DNA of 61,797 nt, filler included, from Dimargaris cristalligena (lineage: Eukaryota), in the NCBI GenBank assembly GCA_003614675.1. It is 3 parts of 3 records of this genome, joined end to end, with 100 filler letters (N's around TTAATTAATTAA, not from the genome) between each part and the next. Parts side by side here need not be neighbours in the genome. Positions count along the whole stretch, not along the records: positions 1 to 20,546 come from ML002694.1; positions 20,647 to 41,186 come from ML002695.1; 1 more part is not named here. One strand, given 5' to 3'. Shown here piece after piece: positions 12,454-24,468 of this stretch. The position numbers and the translations under genes are program-made. Positions within the stretch are counted from its first letter, which is position 1; each line of letters opens with the position of its first letter. A model generated the notes under the pieces. It was not told the DNA's origin. It made no database searches and saw only the letters and a list, made by a program, of their open reading frames with translations.

Positions 12454-13809
12454 GGATACCAGACGCGATGGGGAGGAGGAGTGTGTGGTATGAGGGGGGT
12501 TTGTAATATGAGGGATTGAGAGGGTAAAGAAGGAATCGAGAGCAGGAAGTTGGGGGTATGAGATGTAACGAATGGAGAGGGCGGGACTGTTCGTTGGAAG
12601 GGATGGTGGTGAAGAATTCAAGTGAGGGTTGTAGTTGGAAATGTCCACAACGTCACTTTCTCTCCTAGTAGTATATTATTTCTCGTTCACTCTATCACAC
12701 TGTAACTTGTTCTCTATTCACCTTGCTGTAGCACAGTCCTCTACTATGTTTTACTCCGACGTCATCCTATTCCTGACGCTTTGCCCATATCGAATTCGGC
12801 TGATTTAATGACTTTCCCTATAAGTATATTAGCTATGCTGGAAAAGACTGACCTATTTCTCTATGGGTTAACCAGCTGTTAGTCGGTGGTATACAGCATA
12901 CCCATAGTAGAGAGCGGCCGTGATAACTACCGCTTCCATGCCCACTAAACGAAGAACACCTTTCACCCTTGGGTAGTGTGCAAAATTGAGGGGACGACTT
13001 TCAAAACATTGTCACATTTATGGCACTCTAGACGTTTAAAATTGCTCAAAAAGAAGCAGCGTGTGAACATTTACGGATATCGGAATGGATAAAACCATGA
13101 CTCATTTGCGTATTCCTGACTAAAATGGGCCAAGGTTTTTTGGTGGAAAAGAGTGTTGAGTTGAAGCAGGGAATTGGGGAGGATAGATGATGTGTAAAGA
13201 ATAGGCAATCCCTTCCTCCCTTGAGCTCGCTTAGGTACATTCCTCAGGGAGAGGGACCCGGGCGGGGTTGCTTGGTCTCTGGGGGTCAGGGTCCACGCCG
13301 GCAATCGACCAATGGCCGGGAGCCAACAAAGCCTCCCCCTTTATTGTGCGGCCAATAGTCCAGCCACTCACCAAAACGATGGGCGGGTTATTTCTATTGG
13401 GTTGCGGAAGGGGTATGTATTTTTAGCCCTGTAAATGATCCTATGCCATGTTGATATGTGGTCCCCCCGCTAAGATCTCTGTGTATGGGTGTTTAGCGCG
13501 TGTACTTCACTCCACATTTCACATACACAGTGTGGCTCAAAAAATGGGTCGAGCATATAGTATATATTGCCCCCATTTCCTCTCCGACTAGCCAGCTCGC
13601 CTTTTCCTACTATTCACCTAAATATTCCCTACACAATTCGGTCCGCTGTCATCATTGCTAGCCGATTCTCATATTTTATAGCCTCCACTAGTAGTGCGCC
13701 GCAGTTCGTCGTCAGTAATTGTGACCGCTGTCCGCCTATCCTTCGACGGCCTTTTTTATACTTTCGCTACCCCCTTCGGCCATTCGCTCTCCCCCCTACA
13801 CTTCACTCC

Positions 13810-15711
13810 ATGCGCTTCTCCTCTGCCGTTTGGGCATGTGCCCTGGCGCCGACTCTACTGGCCTCCACTTCCTGGCGGCCCGCCTTCGCCCATGACCAGG
13901 ATTTCTTTGACGTGCCCGCTGTACAGGCCCATCTCGACGCCGCCCAGGCCAGTTTCACCGCCGGGCGATACCAGGAGGCCCTCGACACCGATGCCACCCA
14001 GCCCCTCATCTATTTCAAACGGGCCGCCGTGTACTTGTCCAAAGGCCGGTCGGTGGCGGCCTTGGCCGATTTGAACCAAGCCCTACAGCTGAATCCCAAC
14101 TTTGAACCCGCCCTGACCCAGCGGGGCAAACTGCTGACCCGACGGGGTCAGTTTGGTCAAGCCCGGGCCGATTGGGAACACCTCCAAAAATTGGCCAGTG
14201 CTACCCCCCCTTCGGAAGAGGCCCAAAAGGCCCTGGACCAGCTCCAGACTGCTGAACGGGGCTTCGAGAATACCAAGGCGGCCTTGGAAGCGGCGAAATA
14301 CTCTCGCTGTGTCCAGACTAGTTCGGACGCTCTCAAAATCGCTACCCAAATGACTGAACTCTACGAGCTGCGCGCCGACTGTTACCTTCGCCAAGGAAAC
14401 GCCGAGAAGGCTGTCGCAGATTATAGGTAAGCCTGCCTTTCGATACGTAATTATATTCCTCGTCTCAACAAAATTCTGCTTCACCAGTCTGTTTAAGATT
14501 AGCCTGCCATTAGTTACACTTACCTTGAAGCTACCAACCCCCCCCCTAATGTGATAAATCATTTTCTGTTATCATTATATGTTTTTCCCTGGGACTACCA
14601 CTCCAGCCGAGCCGTTCAAATCGACTCCTCTCAATTAGCTGTCGTCCGCAAGGTCTCCCAACTCTACTACTTCATCATGTATCAGCCCACCAAGGCTATA
14701 GCCGCCATTAAGATCTGCCTGAACTCAGATCCAGACAACAAGGCGTGCAAGGCCATCTTCCGCCAGATTAAAAAGATTGAGAAGCAAATCCAGGCCGTGG
14801 AAAAGGACTACAGCAAGAATAAGTTCAACACCGCCGCTAAGACCTTGACCGCCTTCCATTTGGCCCAGACCAAGCGAAAGGGCGAGGACGAAACAGCCCC
14901 CCAGGGCCTGATCCAAGAACTGGAAGGTCAGGTGCGCGAGGTTCTCGCCCAATTGGGGGTCCCCGCTGACTTAAAGAAGTCCTCCAAAGCAGCGGACGGT
15001 GCCGTGCCCGAACGACTCCTAGCCAAACTGCATGCCTTGGCTTGCCGCTGTTTCGCCGGCTTCAAGAAAAACGAACCCGGTGTCACCTGGTGCACTTCGG
15101 CATTGGATCTATCCCCCAACGACGCTGAACTCCTGCTGCTGCGTGCCGATATGTACCTTGCCTTGGAGGACGGTGAAAAGGCCTTCCAGGATTTGAACCG
15201 GGCCAAGGACCAGCAGGCGGCTGGTACCGCCCAGCTCAACACCCAACAGCAGCGCGAGCTCCAGCAGAAGCTCCACAAGGCCCAGCAACTCCAACGCCAG
15301 GCCCAACGCAAAGATTATTACAAGATTCTTGATGTACCCAAAGACGCCACCCAAGCCCAAATCAAAAAGGCCTACCGTAAACTGGCCCAGAAATGGCACC
15401 CGGATCTCTACAATGGTGATTTGAGCGAGGCCGAGGTCAACGCGAAGATGGGTGAAATTAACCTGGCCAATGAAATTCTGTCAGACGAAGAGAAGCGGTC
15501 CATTTTCGACCAGGGTGGTGACCCAGCCGATCCGACCGGTAACAATGGAGCCGGCGGCGGTGGACACGGCGGGGAGGGCGGCTTCCATCACTTTGCGGGT
15601 GGTTTTAACCCCTTCGGTGGGGGTGGTGGCGGTGGTGGAGGTTTCCCGTTCGAAGGTTTCACGGCTGGCGGCGGCGGTGGCCAACAATTCAAGTTCCACT
15701 TTAACATGTAA
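13810..15711 (+). CDS. DNAJC3: ER-lumen TPR + J-domain co-chaperone (DNAJC3/P58IPK, Dnj1/Jem1-like), 2 exons, 573 aa
   Basis: Exons 13810-14426 and 14607-15711 (GTAAGC..CAG); signal peptide MRFSSAVWACALA; TPR repeats; J-domain DYYKILDV..WHPD; G/F-rich tail ending QQFKFHFNM. Confidence 0.9.
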
Positions 15712-15842
15712 ATGCTCTAAGCCGAATTCTTTCCCTCTGGTCGGAATGGTCCCCCAATAATCTGTTGCCGTGAAACGACATGCTGCAATAGTCCGTATTG
15801 GGGCTGGAAACATTTGAGCTCGGTTCGCCTACCTCTTATTGC

Positions 15843-15867
15843 CTCTCTCTCTCTCTCTCTCTCTCTC
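15843..15867. repeat. (CT)n microsatellite
   Basis: Run of CT dinucleotides in the DNAJC3 3' region. Confidence 0.9.
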
Positions 15868-16859
15868 CTAGGCATATATTTATTCGGTCAGTTAAACGAC
15901 TGTTGAATTTCCTGATTGCCAACAGGCTTGGTTAAGACCCAACAATATCCTTTACTCTAATGACACTAGAAGGGATACGTATAGATGGTAATTATCTAAT
16001 CAGTCTCTTCGGTAGTTTTCCGTGGAGTTGATTTCGCTTTTTAGGTATATATAAATATACATATATATATATCTTCGATTATTTCGCCAGCATTGATTTC
16101 CCATCACCGCGGTCTTGTTATTTTGACACGTACTTTACAGGCCTTGTACATTGCCATATTAAATCATCTATTTTTTAAAAGCTTCATAGTAAGAAGTCCT
16201 TTACTTGATACGGGTTGGACTGCTTGTATCTTTAGAGCTCTCAGTGAGTGGGATGGACTAGCAAAGAGAGTCTGGGCATTTAACGCCTTAGAATATATCT
16301 ATAAGATTCAAAATTTTAAAATGGCAAGTGACATACTCCACATTGTATATTAAGTAGGTCTATAGGCCCACTACATATTACCATTGCCATTGAAACTGTA
16401 GTTTATGGTAGATGGCCTTAATTATAAGTGTTATGAAAATTACAAATGGGCGTGGAATCATAGACTGCGAAATCATAGAGCCCGACCAAGCGAAAGTTAC
16501 GTCCAGCGAAAGATATATTTTCCATTATTGCCCCACAGCACTATTTGTCAGCGCTAACCACCCAACTCCGCCCACCATTTGATTCGCAGCCTCCATACGC
16601 CTTCGCTTACTGGCTGCAATAGTATAGTATAGAGTCTTTACCCCGATCCTCTCACCCTCCTGTCCAGCATCAACCGAACTTGTTTCCTCGATTCCAGTTC
16701 CCATTTACTTCTTCATCTCGATTACCACCTCACTTCCTTTATTCGTCTATATAGCTCCAACTTTCTTCATTCCATTTTCACCAAGGTTTACCTTACCAAT
16801 AGCCACCCTTCCCCGCTCCCCCCACCCAGTCTCGTTCCGAGTCGACCTAATTTGCTACG

Positions 16860-17893
16860 ATGGCCCCATCTCTCAAGTCCGGTGAAGTCAATTTGGGTGT
16901 AAGTATACCAAACCTGTGTGGCCAATGCAGGAACTTCCGCCTCTCTCTACTCATCCCACGATAGGGCCTGGGGCGGAGACTGCTTCTTAGCTATAGCACA
17001 TCGGGCTGAATTGGTCTCGGGGTATCGAATCCGGTTCATTGTTCTTATAGGCCCAATCTCCCGGTCTCGGTACTCCCCCCAATATAGTGAATGACTTTGG
17101 GCCACCCTGGCACCTGCCTGGTTCCCGCCTACAAAAACAGCCATGTAGTTTGCGTCAACCCTCACTGTGTGCCTGGCTCGTAGCCCCCTCCCTTTCCCCC
17201 TCCTCCCATCCCCCTTAGCCCAGTGAACCAATCTAATGCATCTGTATTTCAAATACCCATCCCCCCCACACACATTTCATCACCATCTAGACCACCATTA
17301 TGGCGGTCGTTTATGACGGCGGCGTCATCATCGGTGCCGATTCGCGTACGACTACCGGCTCGTACATTGCCAACCGAGTGACCGACAAGTTGACCAAAAT
17401 CCATGACCGCATCTATTGCTGCCGTTCGGGCAGTGCGGCCGATACGCAAGCCGTTGCCGACATTGTCCACTATTACACCCAAATGTACCAAGTCCAGCAC
17501 AACGCCGCCCCCACCACCCAGGTTGTTGCTTCCCTCTTCCGTGAACTGTGCTACTCCAACCGCAACAACCTCATGGCGGGTATCATTGTAGCCGGCTGGG
17601 ACGAACGCGTCGGCCCCTCCGTCTACAGTATCCCATTGGGCGGCAGTATCCATAAACAGGCCTACGCCATCGGCGGATCCGGATCGAGCTATATCTACGG
17701 TTACTGTGATGCCAATTATAAGGATCATATGAATCGGGAGGAGGCCATCGATTTTGTCAAAAAGGCCATTGCGTTGGCCATGTCCCGCGACGGATCCTCG
17801 GGTGGTACGATTCGTTTGGCCGTGATTACGGAAGGAGGCGTCGAACGAATGTTCGTACCCGGTAATCAGCTGCCTACTTTCTACGAGGGCTAA
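16860..17893 (+). CDS. PRE3: 20S proteasome subunit beta-1 (Pre3/PSMB6), 2 exons, 213 aa
   Basis: Exon 16860-16898 ([13 protein letters not shown]) + exon 17291-17893 ([56 protein letters not shown]). Confidence 0.95.
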
Positions 17894-18643
17894 GCGGAAA
17901 TTCGCTGTGCTCCCTCACTTGCTTCTACAAATACGTTGGTCCCCAAGTCTCGTTTTTTTTTGTTTGCGTGGGTACACCCATGAATGGGGCCAGGAGCGTC
18001 TGAACCGGACTGAGCGGACTGCGGCAACATTAACTCGTTTATGGATTTCGTTTTCCTGGGATTTCCATCTTCTAGGTTGGATTATAGCCTAATCCAACCA
18101 GCCTCACTGAATCCCACATATCTCCCCCCCTTTTTTTATTAATATTCCATTTACTTTTCCTTTACCAGTTTCTTATTCCATTCCATTAACGTTCGACTGT
18201 AATTTTTATAAAACTGGCTGACACTTCCTCTCAGAATCGGGGTTACTTCTGTGAGAGGATATTTATCGAAATTAGCTTAATTGGGATACTCTGACTACGT
18301 ACATCTCTGTGTTAACAGTTAACTATAGTATTCAGGCTGGATGACTGAAGCTAACTACGATACCCACTGTTGACTGAATATGGCTGGTCGAGGATTTAGC
18401 TGAATTTATAAATAAAATGCCGACACATCAAAACGCGTTAGAAAAAAAAAGATATAGAAAAAAACAAGAAAGGAGAGGTGCGAAGCAGTCATGCCATAAG
18501 ACAAGCGTACCAGACTCTACGGAAGTAGGTATCTTCTCCTAGAACATGTAATCTATCTAAAGCCGGAACAATCGATAACGACTGATGGGTAGTATAGCTG
18601 GGTCCTTCTCGAAGGAGGGAGAGAGTCCAATGGCGGAGTGCTT

Positions 18644-19364
18644 TTAAAAATCGTCGCCCCGGCGGGGAGGCTTGAAGTTGGGGTCCTCGAATTGCCGGGC
18701 CCAGGTCATGGACGGGATCCAACGGCGCGGATACGTCATGCGTTCCTCTTTGGCGGCTGAGAAGGTGAACATCATGAACACCGTAGCCGACAGACCGGCG
18801 AACACGATAGAGGTGTTGGTTTTCCAGTTGGGCGGGTTGGTCCACCAACCACCGGTAGGCGACCTTAATGGGGAGAGAGGTAGAGCGGGTGCGATGATAT
18901 TAAAAAGGGAAATAGAGGGGATTAGTTCAAGGGGTTCATAGAGTAAGTGGGTAACAACTGTACATACAGGCCGGAAATCTAATAACTATATACGTCCTCA
19001 ACCCCTAGCTATAAAATGGTGGGGTGTAACTAGGGTTGGCATTGAATCACCATGGGGTAGACCCTCTCTAATACAGGGAGCGTTCGGTTCAACGAGCCAC
19101 TCTTAACAGTGAACTTACCAGACGTGCTTGGGGTAAATGTAGCGTTTTCCTCCACCCTAATTTATGGAATAATAACGTAAAACAACAGGGCACAATGGTG
19201 AGTTGGGGTTAGTTGGATGGAGCATGCTGCTGTTCAAAGTATATATATATATTTATGTGTGAGACTCAGCACGATGCGGCCGATACGACGGCGACCGGGC
19301 GAGTTCCCAATGGGTGGACAGCAACGAGATTTGAGAGGATTCAAAGGAAAGGGCCGCCTACCAT
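18644..19364 (-). CDS. Mitochondrial complex I accessory subunit, NUUM / NDUFC1(KFYI)-like, 3 coding exons, 86 aa
   Basis: Exons 19364-19362 (ATG only), 19156-19119, 18863-18644 give MGGGKRYIYPKHVWSPTGGWWTNPPNWKTNTSIVFAGLSATVFMMFTFSAAKEERMTYPRRWIPSMTWARQFEDPNFKPPRRGDDF; YPKHVWSPxGGW..P.NWK.NT motif plus one TM helix. Confidence 0.8.
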
Positions 19365-20120
19365 GTTGTTACTTTGAAATGGAACAAGATTATGTTGGTA
19401 GGATTAGAATACAATATATAAGGTTAAGCACAACGATAAGGGTGCATCAATTTGGGTAAATACTAAAGAGAGCCAGGCTGAATCAATTAACTGGAATGGT
19501 CGCAAGGCGATGTAAAGAAGGTCAAAGGAATCAGCAGCACCTGGGAGATTGATCCAAGGCTGAGCAATCTCCTCCAAGTATGCAGTACCTATTTGGTACA
19601 TTGTAGGTCTAGGTGATTCACATTTGTACCAAATGCCCCAACCTCTTTCTCCCACCTTTCTCTCTGTGCTACACATTCCCTTACTATGTAGAAACTAACC
19701 ACCACCCCGCCAGCCCAACTATTTAGCTACTTCGAAAAACTAAACTAGTCGCTAACTTACTAAACCACAGTATGTTCCTGTCCCCCTATTTTGCCTATAA
19801 GAAGTAAAAGAGCGGATAAATTTAGCCATGTTAAAGAAAATTACATCGATAATGTTAAACCCTTTCGAACTGCGATTACGTTTCACTTTCCCGGCTTGTC
19901 CTTGGTGGAAAATATATATAACATCTTTAAGTAACGTCACATCATCAGTTTCTTTCGATAAGGTAAAAAGCGGCGAATTACCTGGCACAAAAAGGGATTG
20001 CATCCCCATTTCTCTCAGGCACGACTCACATAATTCCAAAATGTATATCAAACTAGTTACAAATTGGTCATTCATTTCTAGCAAAAAATCGGTGGATGCC
20101 AATACTCAGTCTGAAGAAAA

Positions 20121-20194
20121 TGTCAAGATCCGGGATCGAACCGGAGACCTTGCGCGTGTGAGGCGCATGTGATAACCAACTACACCATCCTGAC
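20121..20194 (-). tRNA. tRNA-Val (anticodon CAC)
   Basis: Reverse complement GTCAGGATGGTGTAGTTGGTTATCACATGCGCCT-CAC-ACGCGCAAGGTCTCCGGTTCGATCCCGGATCTTGACA folds as a cloverleaf with A/B boxes; T-run follows. Confidence 0.95.
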
Positions 20195-20208
20195 TTTCCT
20201 AATTGTGT

Positions 20209-20546
20209 TGTGACAGGTACTGAACACCCTTAAGCTTTGGTGATGTCACCGATGATGTACCTAACGTCCATTAATCAAATTACTACCGTTTTACTATATT
20301 TAGCTTAGTTTATCAATTGCAATGTCATATCATAGCTATATCCATTTATCACCTTCTATATCATAGTTATATTTCGTTTATCACTTTCTGTTTTCATTCA
20401 TCTCTTTATATATCATTAGTGCAGCGTATTTACCTTTTATCTGAAGTATACAATAGCAGAACCAGCGTAGATAGAATCATCTATTATATTTACTGCCCAA
20501 TATTTTCGGGGTATAAATACCCCTTCAAATCGCAACCTGAATAAAA
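20209..20546 (+). mobile_element. LTR-like segment (5' part), truncated by assembly spacer
   Basis: Begins TGTGACAG; AT-rich; GTATAAATAC...ATCGCAAC...AATAAAA block at 20511-20546 is homologous to 20674-20710. Confidence 0.55.
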
Positions 20547-20646
20547 NNNNNNNNNNNNNNNNNNNNNNNNNNNNNNNNNNNNNNNNNNNNTTAATTAATT
20601 AANNNNNNNNNNNNNNNNNNNNNNNNNNNNNNNNNNNNNNNNNNNN
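20547..20646. other. Artificial 100-bp assembly spacer
   Basis: 44 N + TTAATTAATTAA (20591-20602, stops in all six frames) + 44 N. Confidence 0.97.
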
Positions 20647-20836
20647 GTAGGCTGAACTTCAACCACCTCCTAAGTATAAATACCTCCAAGAATCGCAACT
20701 CTTAATAAAACATCTCTTTTTTCATTCTTCTGAACTGTACCGGTAGTTTTACCTACAGTTATCTTTAGTTCGATTTTACTACATCTTTTGACTATAAGGC
20801 ATTCCCGCCTATTATTATACTAGCCATTCTGCCACA
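20647..20836 (+). mobile_element. LTR-like segment (3' part), truncated by assembly spacer
   Basis: TATA/polyA-like block at 20674-20710; ends CTGCCACA (20829-20836), a 7/8 inverted match to TGTGACAG at 20209. Confidence 0.55.
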
Positions 20837-20854
20837 CCACAATAAAAACAAGAT

Positions 20855-20925
20855 GCATCGATAGTTCAATGGTAGAATTTACGCTTCCCAAGCGTAAGGC
20901 CCGGGTTCGATTCCCGGTCGTTGCA
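20855..20925 (+). tRNA. tRNA-Gly (anticodon CCC)
   Basis: GCATCGATAGTTCAATGGTAGAATTTACGCTT-CCC-AAGCGTAAGGCCCGGGTTCGATTCCCGGTCGTTGCA cloverleaf followed by a T-run Pol III terminator. Confidence 0.95.
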
Positions 20926-20989
20926 CTCTTTTTTATTATCTTCCATGGGGTGGAGAATTGAAAATGCTATGAGAACCACTCGATATGAC

Positions 20990-23400
20990 CATTTATAAAT
21001 AAAGTGCTACTGTGACACAGATAGATGGCTACAACTAGTATTTTTATACATACTTCACTAGCAATTGTTAAAATTTGTGGCCAAGTAGAATATCTAATTT
21101 TGTTGTTCATTAGAGAACACATCCTATTAAAATATCAATCTAGAGTCCAGCCAGCACCCATTACTATATAGATGTTACTAGTTGATGGACTTATAAAGAT
21201 AATGTGGATATAGGTATGCATGAATAGATTAACAATTGAGAGATCATTCTGGTAATATTGGGATGTTCAATCTATTTAATCAATTCAAACCAATCATGGA
21301 AACCTATCTATCACACTCTATACAACTCATGAAGTCTAATATTTTGGTTAATAAGGATATGCCAATATTTTAGTGACATGAATTTTCCTTATGATTGGTG
21401 GGCCTGGGCCATTAATGTAATGAATAGAGCAATGTACCACCTCTACAATTGGCTTCAAATAAATTATATGGGCTGAGTATCCCTGTATACAGGAAGATAG
21501 AATTAATGACAACTAATTTGGCAATCCTTAGACACAAATTCAAAATGGGTCTATGCAAAGTAGGCTAAATTCTGAGGTAGTGATATGCTATACTTAGTAA
21601 TAGCTAGAATTAAGAGCCCCACTCTAATTAACTGATACTTCTTAGACTTAGTCAAGCATTTTTACCCTATTCATAATGTAATAAACCTATATATTATGAT
21701 ATGAAGTTGACTAAGAGTATGGGGTGTAAAATTTAGGAATGTAGTTCATTGAGCTTATAGTGTTTTGCCACTCCAATTGTTAGTGAAGTTGTCTGGGAGT
21801 TAACATAACTTAATATTGTATCAGCTATTCCATTACTCATTTCACATAGTTCAAATCTAAGCTAGTAGCCAATTGTAGGGCTTTAATGTGCTCTATTATT
21901 TAATATAACTATTATACTGTCACCCAGGTTAACCACCCTTAGTCTATCAAGAGTCCTGAGGATAGGCTTCTAATGGTAGGTGGGGCTTAGACTTGGCCAA
22001 GCAGGCTACTAACATCAGGTATAGGCACAGTACTAACTAATAAAGGCTAAGTATAGTTATATTCAAGGGATGTGCAGTGGGCACACTTACTAGTTAGTAC
22101 AAGGGAGTGAGCATATATTAAGCTTATTAAAGTAAACTAGAGGTAAGAATAAGTTAAGGAATCTAACTGGTCCCAATGGGGCCCAGTTATATATATATGT
22201 AGGGATAGCTCTTGAGGGAGGTCCCAAGGGAAGACTACTACTAAGGCTAAGGTATAGGTAAATAGGCCAACTGGGCAGCCACTAGTATCTGGAAGACTCT
22301 GATGGTAACTGGAAGAGTCTTCGGATCAGTACTTGAGTGATTAGTGCAAAGAGCTGGAGTACAGAAGGGGAAGGGTTATATAATATAGGGTAATCCCATA
22401 GTACTGGGGGTGGACTATGGGAAGGTAAATATAGTACTATAAGGCCTACTATAGTTAGATACTAAGCCAGCTGGATTAAGGTGAATTAGATGGCCTAACA
22501 AAGGATGTCAGTCTATTAAAATGATAGAATTTTATAGGAACTTTATTTTTATGGATTTGGATCAGATATCTTATATATTTAGCAGGTGGCTTTATGGTAC
22601 TACACTCTCCATGGCTGATCCATATATTCTTCCAAGACCAATGGATTACCTGAACTGCCTTTACTAATAGAAACTCGTAAGACAAACTCATGTCTACTAG
22701 ATTATGATATATTGCTGTGATAGGATTAGCCCTCATGATAGATGCTTACTTCTAGGCATAGGAATTTAATGTCTAAATAGGACAGGTTTTTTCACTGGCT
22801 CTCAAATGATTGGAATGATTCCCTAGTTTCTTACAATTGGTAGTACAATTTAAGTTTTAGTAATAAAGCAGACTATCAAAGATACTGGTGTTGGTACCAA
22901 TAGGCACATGCCTTGACTATGAAGTAGTGACTTGATAGCATAATTGCTCAACCCACCCAGTGCCTATACACCTTTGATTATACATTAGCATTTATGTGGA
23001 CACCTAAACTACTGTCCACCCAACCCCCTGCCAAAGGCTTAGGCCATCCTTACACTCAACTGGATGTATAATTAATATCAATGAAATTGTAAATTACCTA
23101 GTGTAATCAGTAGCTGATATACCCCAATGCAAACCTATGTTTTTGCCTCCAATTGACATTACTACTGCGGTGCCTGATCACTCAATTTCCCAATAAAAAA
23201 GACTGAATAGGTACTAATAGAGGTGGAACATCTATTCATTGGGTTTATTGTCGCTGTGGTGGTGTGGATATAAGAAAAGGCACCTCAGTGCAAGGTACTG
23301 AAAAGGGGGGGTTTAAAGGAGAGAGTAAACATTTGAACTAAGCTGTCAGCCCCAATGGGAACTTTGTCAGGATATGAGTGTGAGGCTTGGGTACCTTGAA
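20990..23400. mobile_element. Degenerate, CpG-depleted transposon-remnant region
   Basis: AT-rich, about 4 CpG in 2.4 kb by eye, no intact ORF, contains repeat copy B. Confidence 0.6.
22239..22498 (+). repeat. Dispersed repeat copy B
   Basis: Same-orientation homolog of 235-493. Confidence 0.85.
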
Positions 23401-24468
23401 GGCGTCCGAGGCAGAGATTGCTGATGTCTTAATAATGCAAATACCTCGGGATTCCATCAGGAAACTAATTAGTTATTGCCTAATTGCGCTATATATCAAT
23501 CACTTAGACCAGTGGCATGGCTGATAACCTCAGGACCCCGACCTCCTCCGGGATTACCGCATGCGACACTTTTTAGGAATAAAACTCGCACTTAGTTTCG
23601 CACCAACTATCATCTGAAATGTTATACCGCTACATTGGACTTTTCCTACACGTGTTTTATCTATTGAATATTCACTAGTACCTAGCAGCTACTGGCTATG
23701 TTTCAATTAACATTGGCGAAATATTCTAGTGAGCCGTGGAGATTTATACCCAATACGGGCGCTAGACGGTTCAGGAGCCCTCAATAAAGCCGACATGTTA
23801 AATACATGCTATGCTATGTTGGGCGAGGATACGATTTAATACCAGGTTGGCTATATTATGTCATTATGTAGATAACGCACACCAGGGGATATAGGGGATA
23901 CGCGTGCATAAGGAAACAATTGGGCGAGTAGGTTTAGTCACATCAGCCGGGGCACTGATTACATCTCTATCATGCAATATACTGCGGGGGCATTACAGCT
24001 GGGGGAGTATACAACGCTGAATGGGTGTCCCTTCAATTTTCCGTAGCGGAATTAATAACGTGGCCTTGTATAGCGGGCCAATATTTACCACGGCCTTCTT
24101 CCTTGCATGGTTCGCAGTAGTCATTATTGTCAGCCCAGGCGTCGGAAGTAACCCAATAAGCCCTATGGAGAGAGACGGAGACGGAGACAGAGTGAGAGAT
24201 TCTCTTTTTTCTCACTGATCTGGCCGAGCTATATTGTATTCCCTTTGGCCCTGCAAACCAGGTCTCTCCTTCTCTTCTTTTTACTCGTTCATCCGTTAGT
24301 TGCATTAGCCTGGCTAGTTGTTGCTCCAGTGCGTGTTGTGTATAAAGGTTGCTCTGTTTTTTTTTTGCCTTACTGTATCTTCGTTTGTCGTCATCTATTT
24401 TTAGGCTGTTTCTTACCTCTTCATTTCCCGGGTATCCGTTGTTTCATTAATATCCCAGTCTATCCACC

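Noticed and set aside
18489-18941. ORF-track 119-aa (minus) and 89-aa (plus) ORFs
   Set aside because: Alternative-frame and antisense shadows of the NUUM-like exon.
19752-20172. Overlapping 116-aa and 114-aa ORFs beside tRNA-Val
   Set aside because: AT-rich, no motifs, one overlaps the tRNA; no support as genes.
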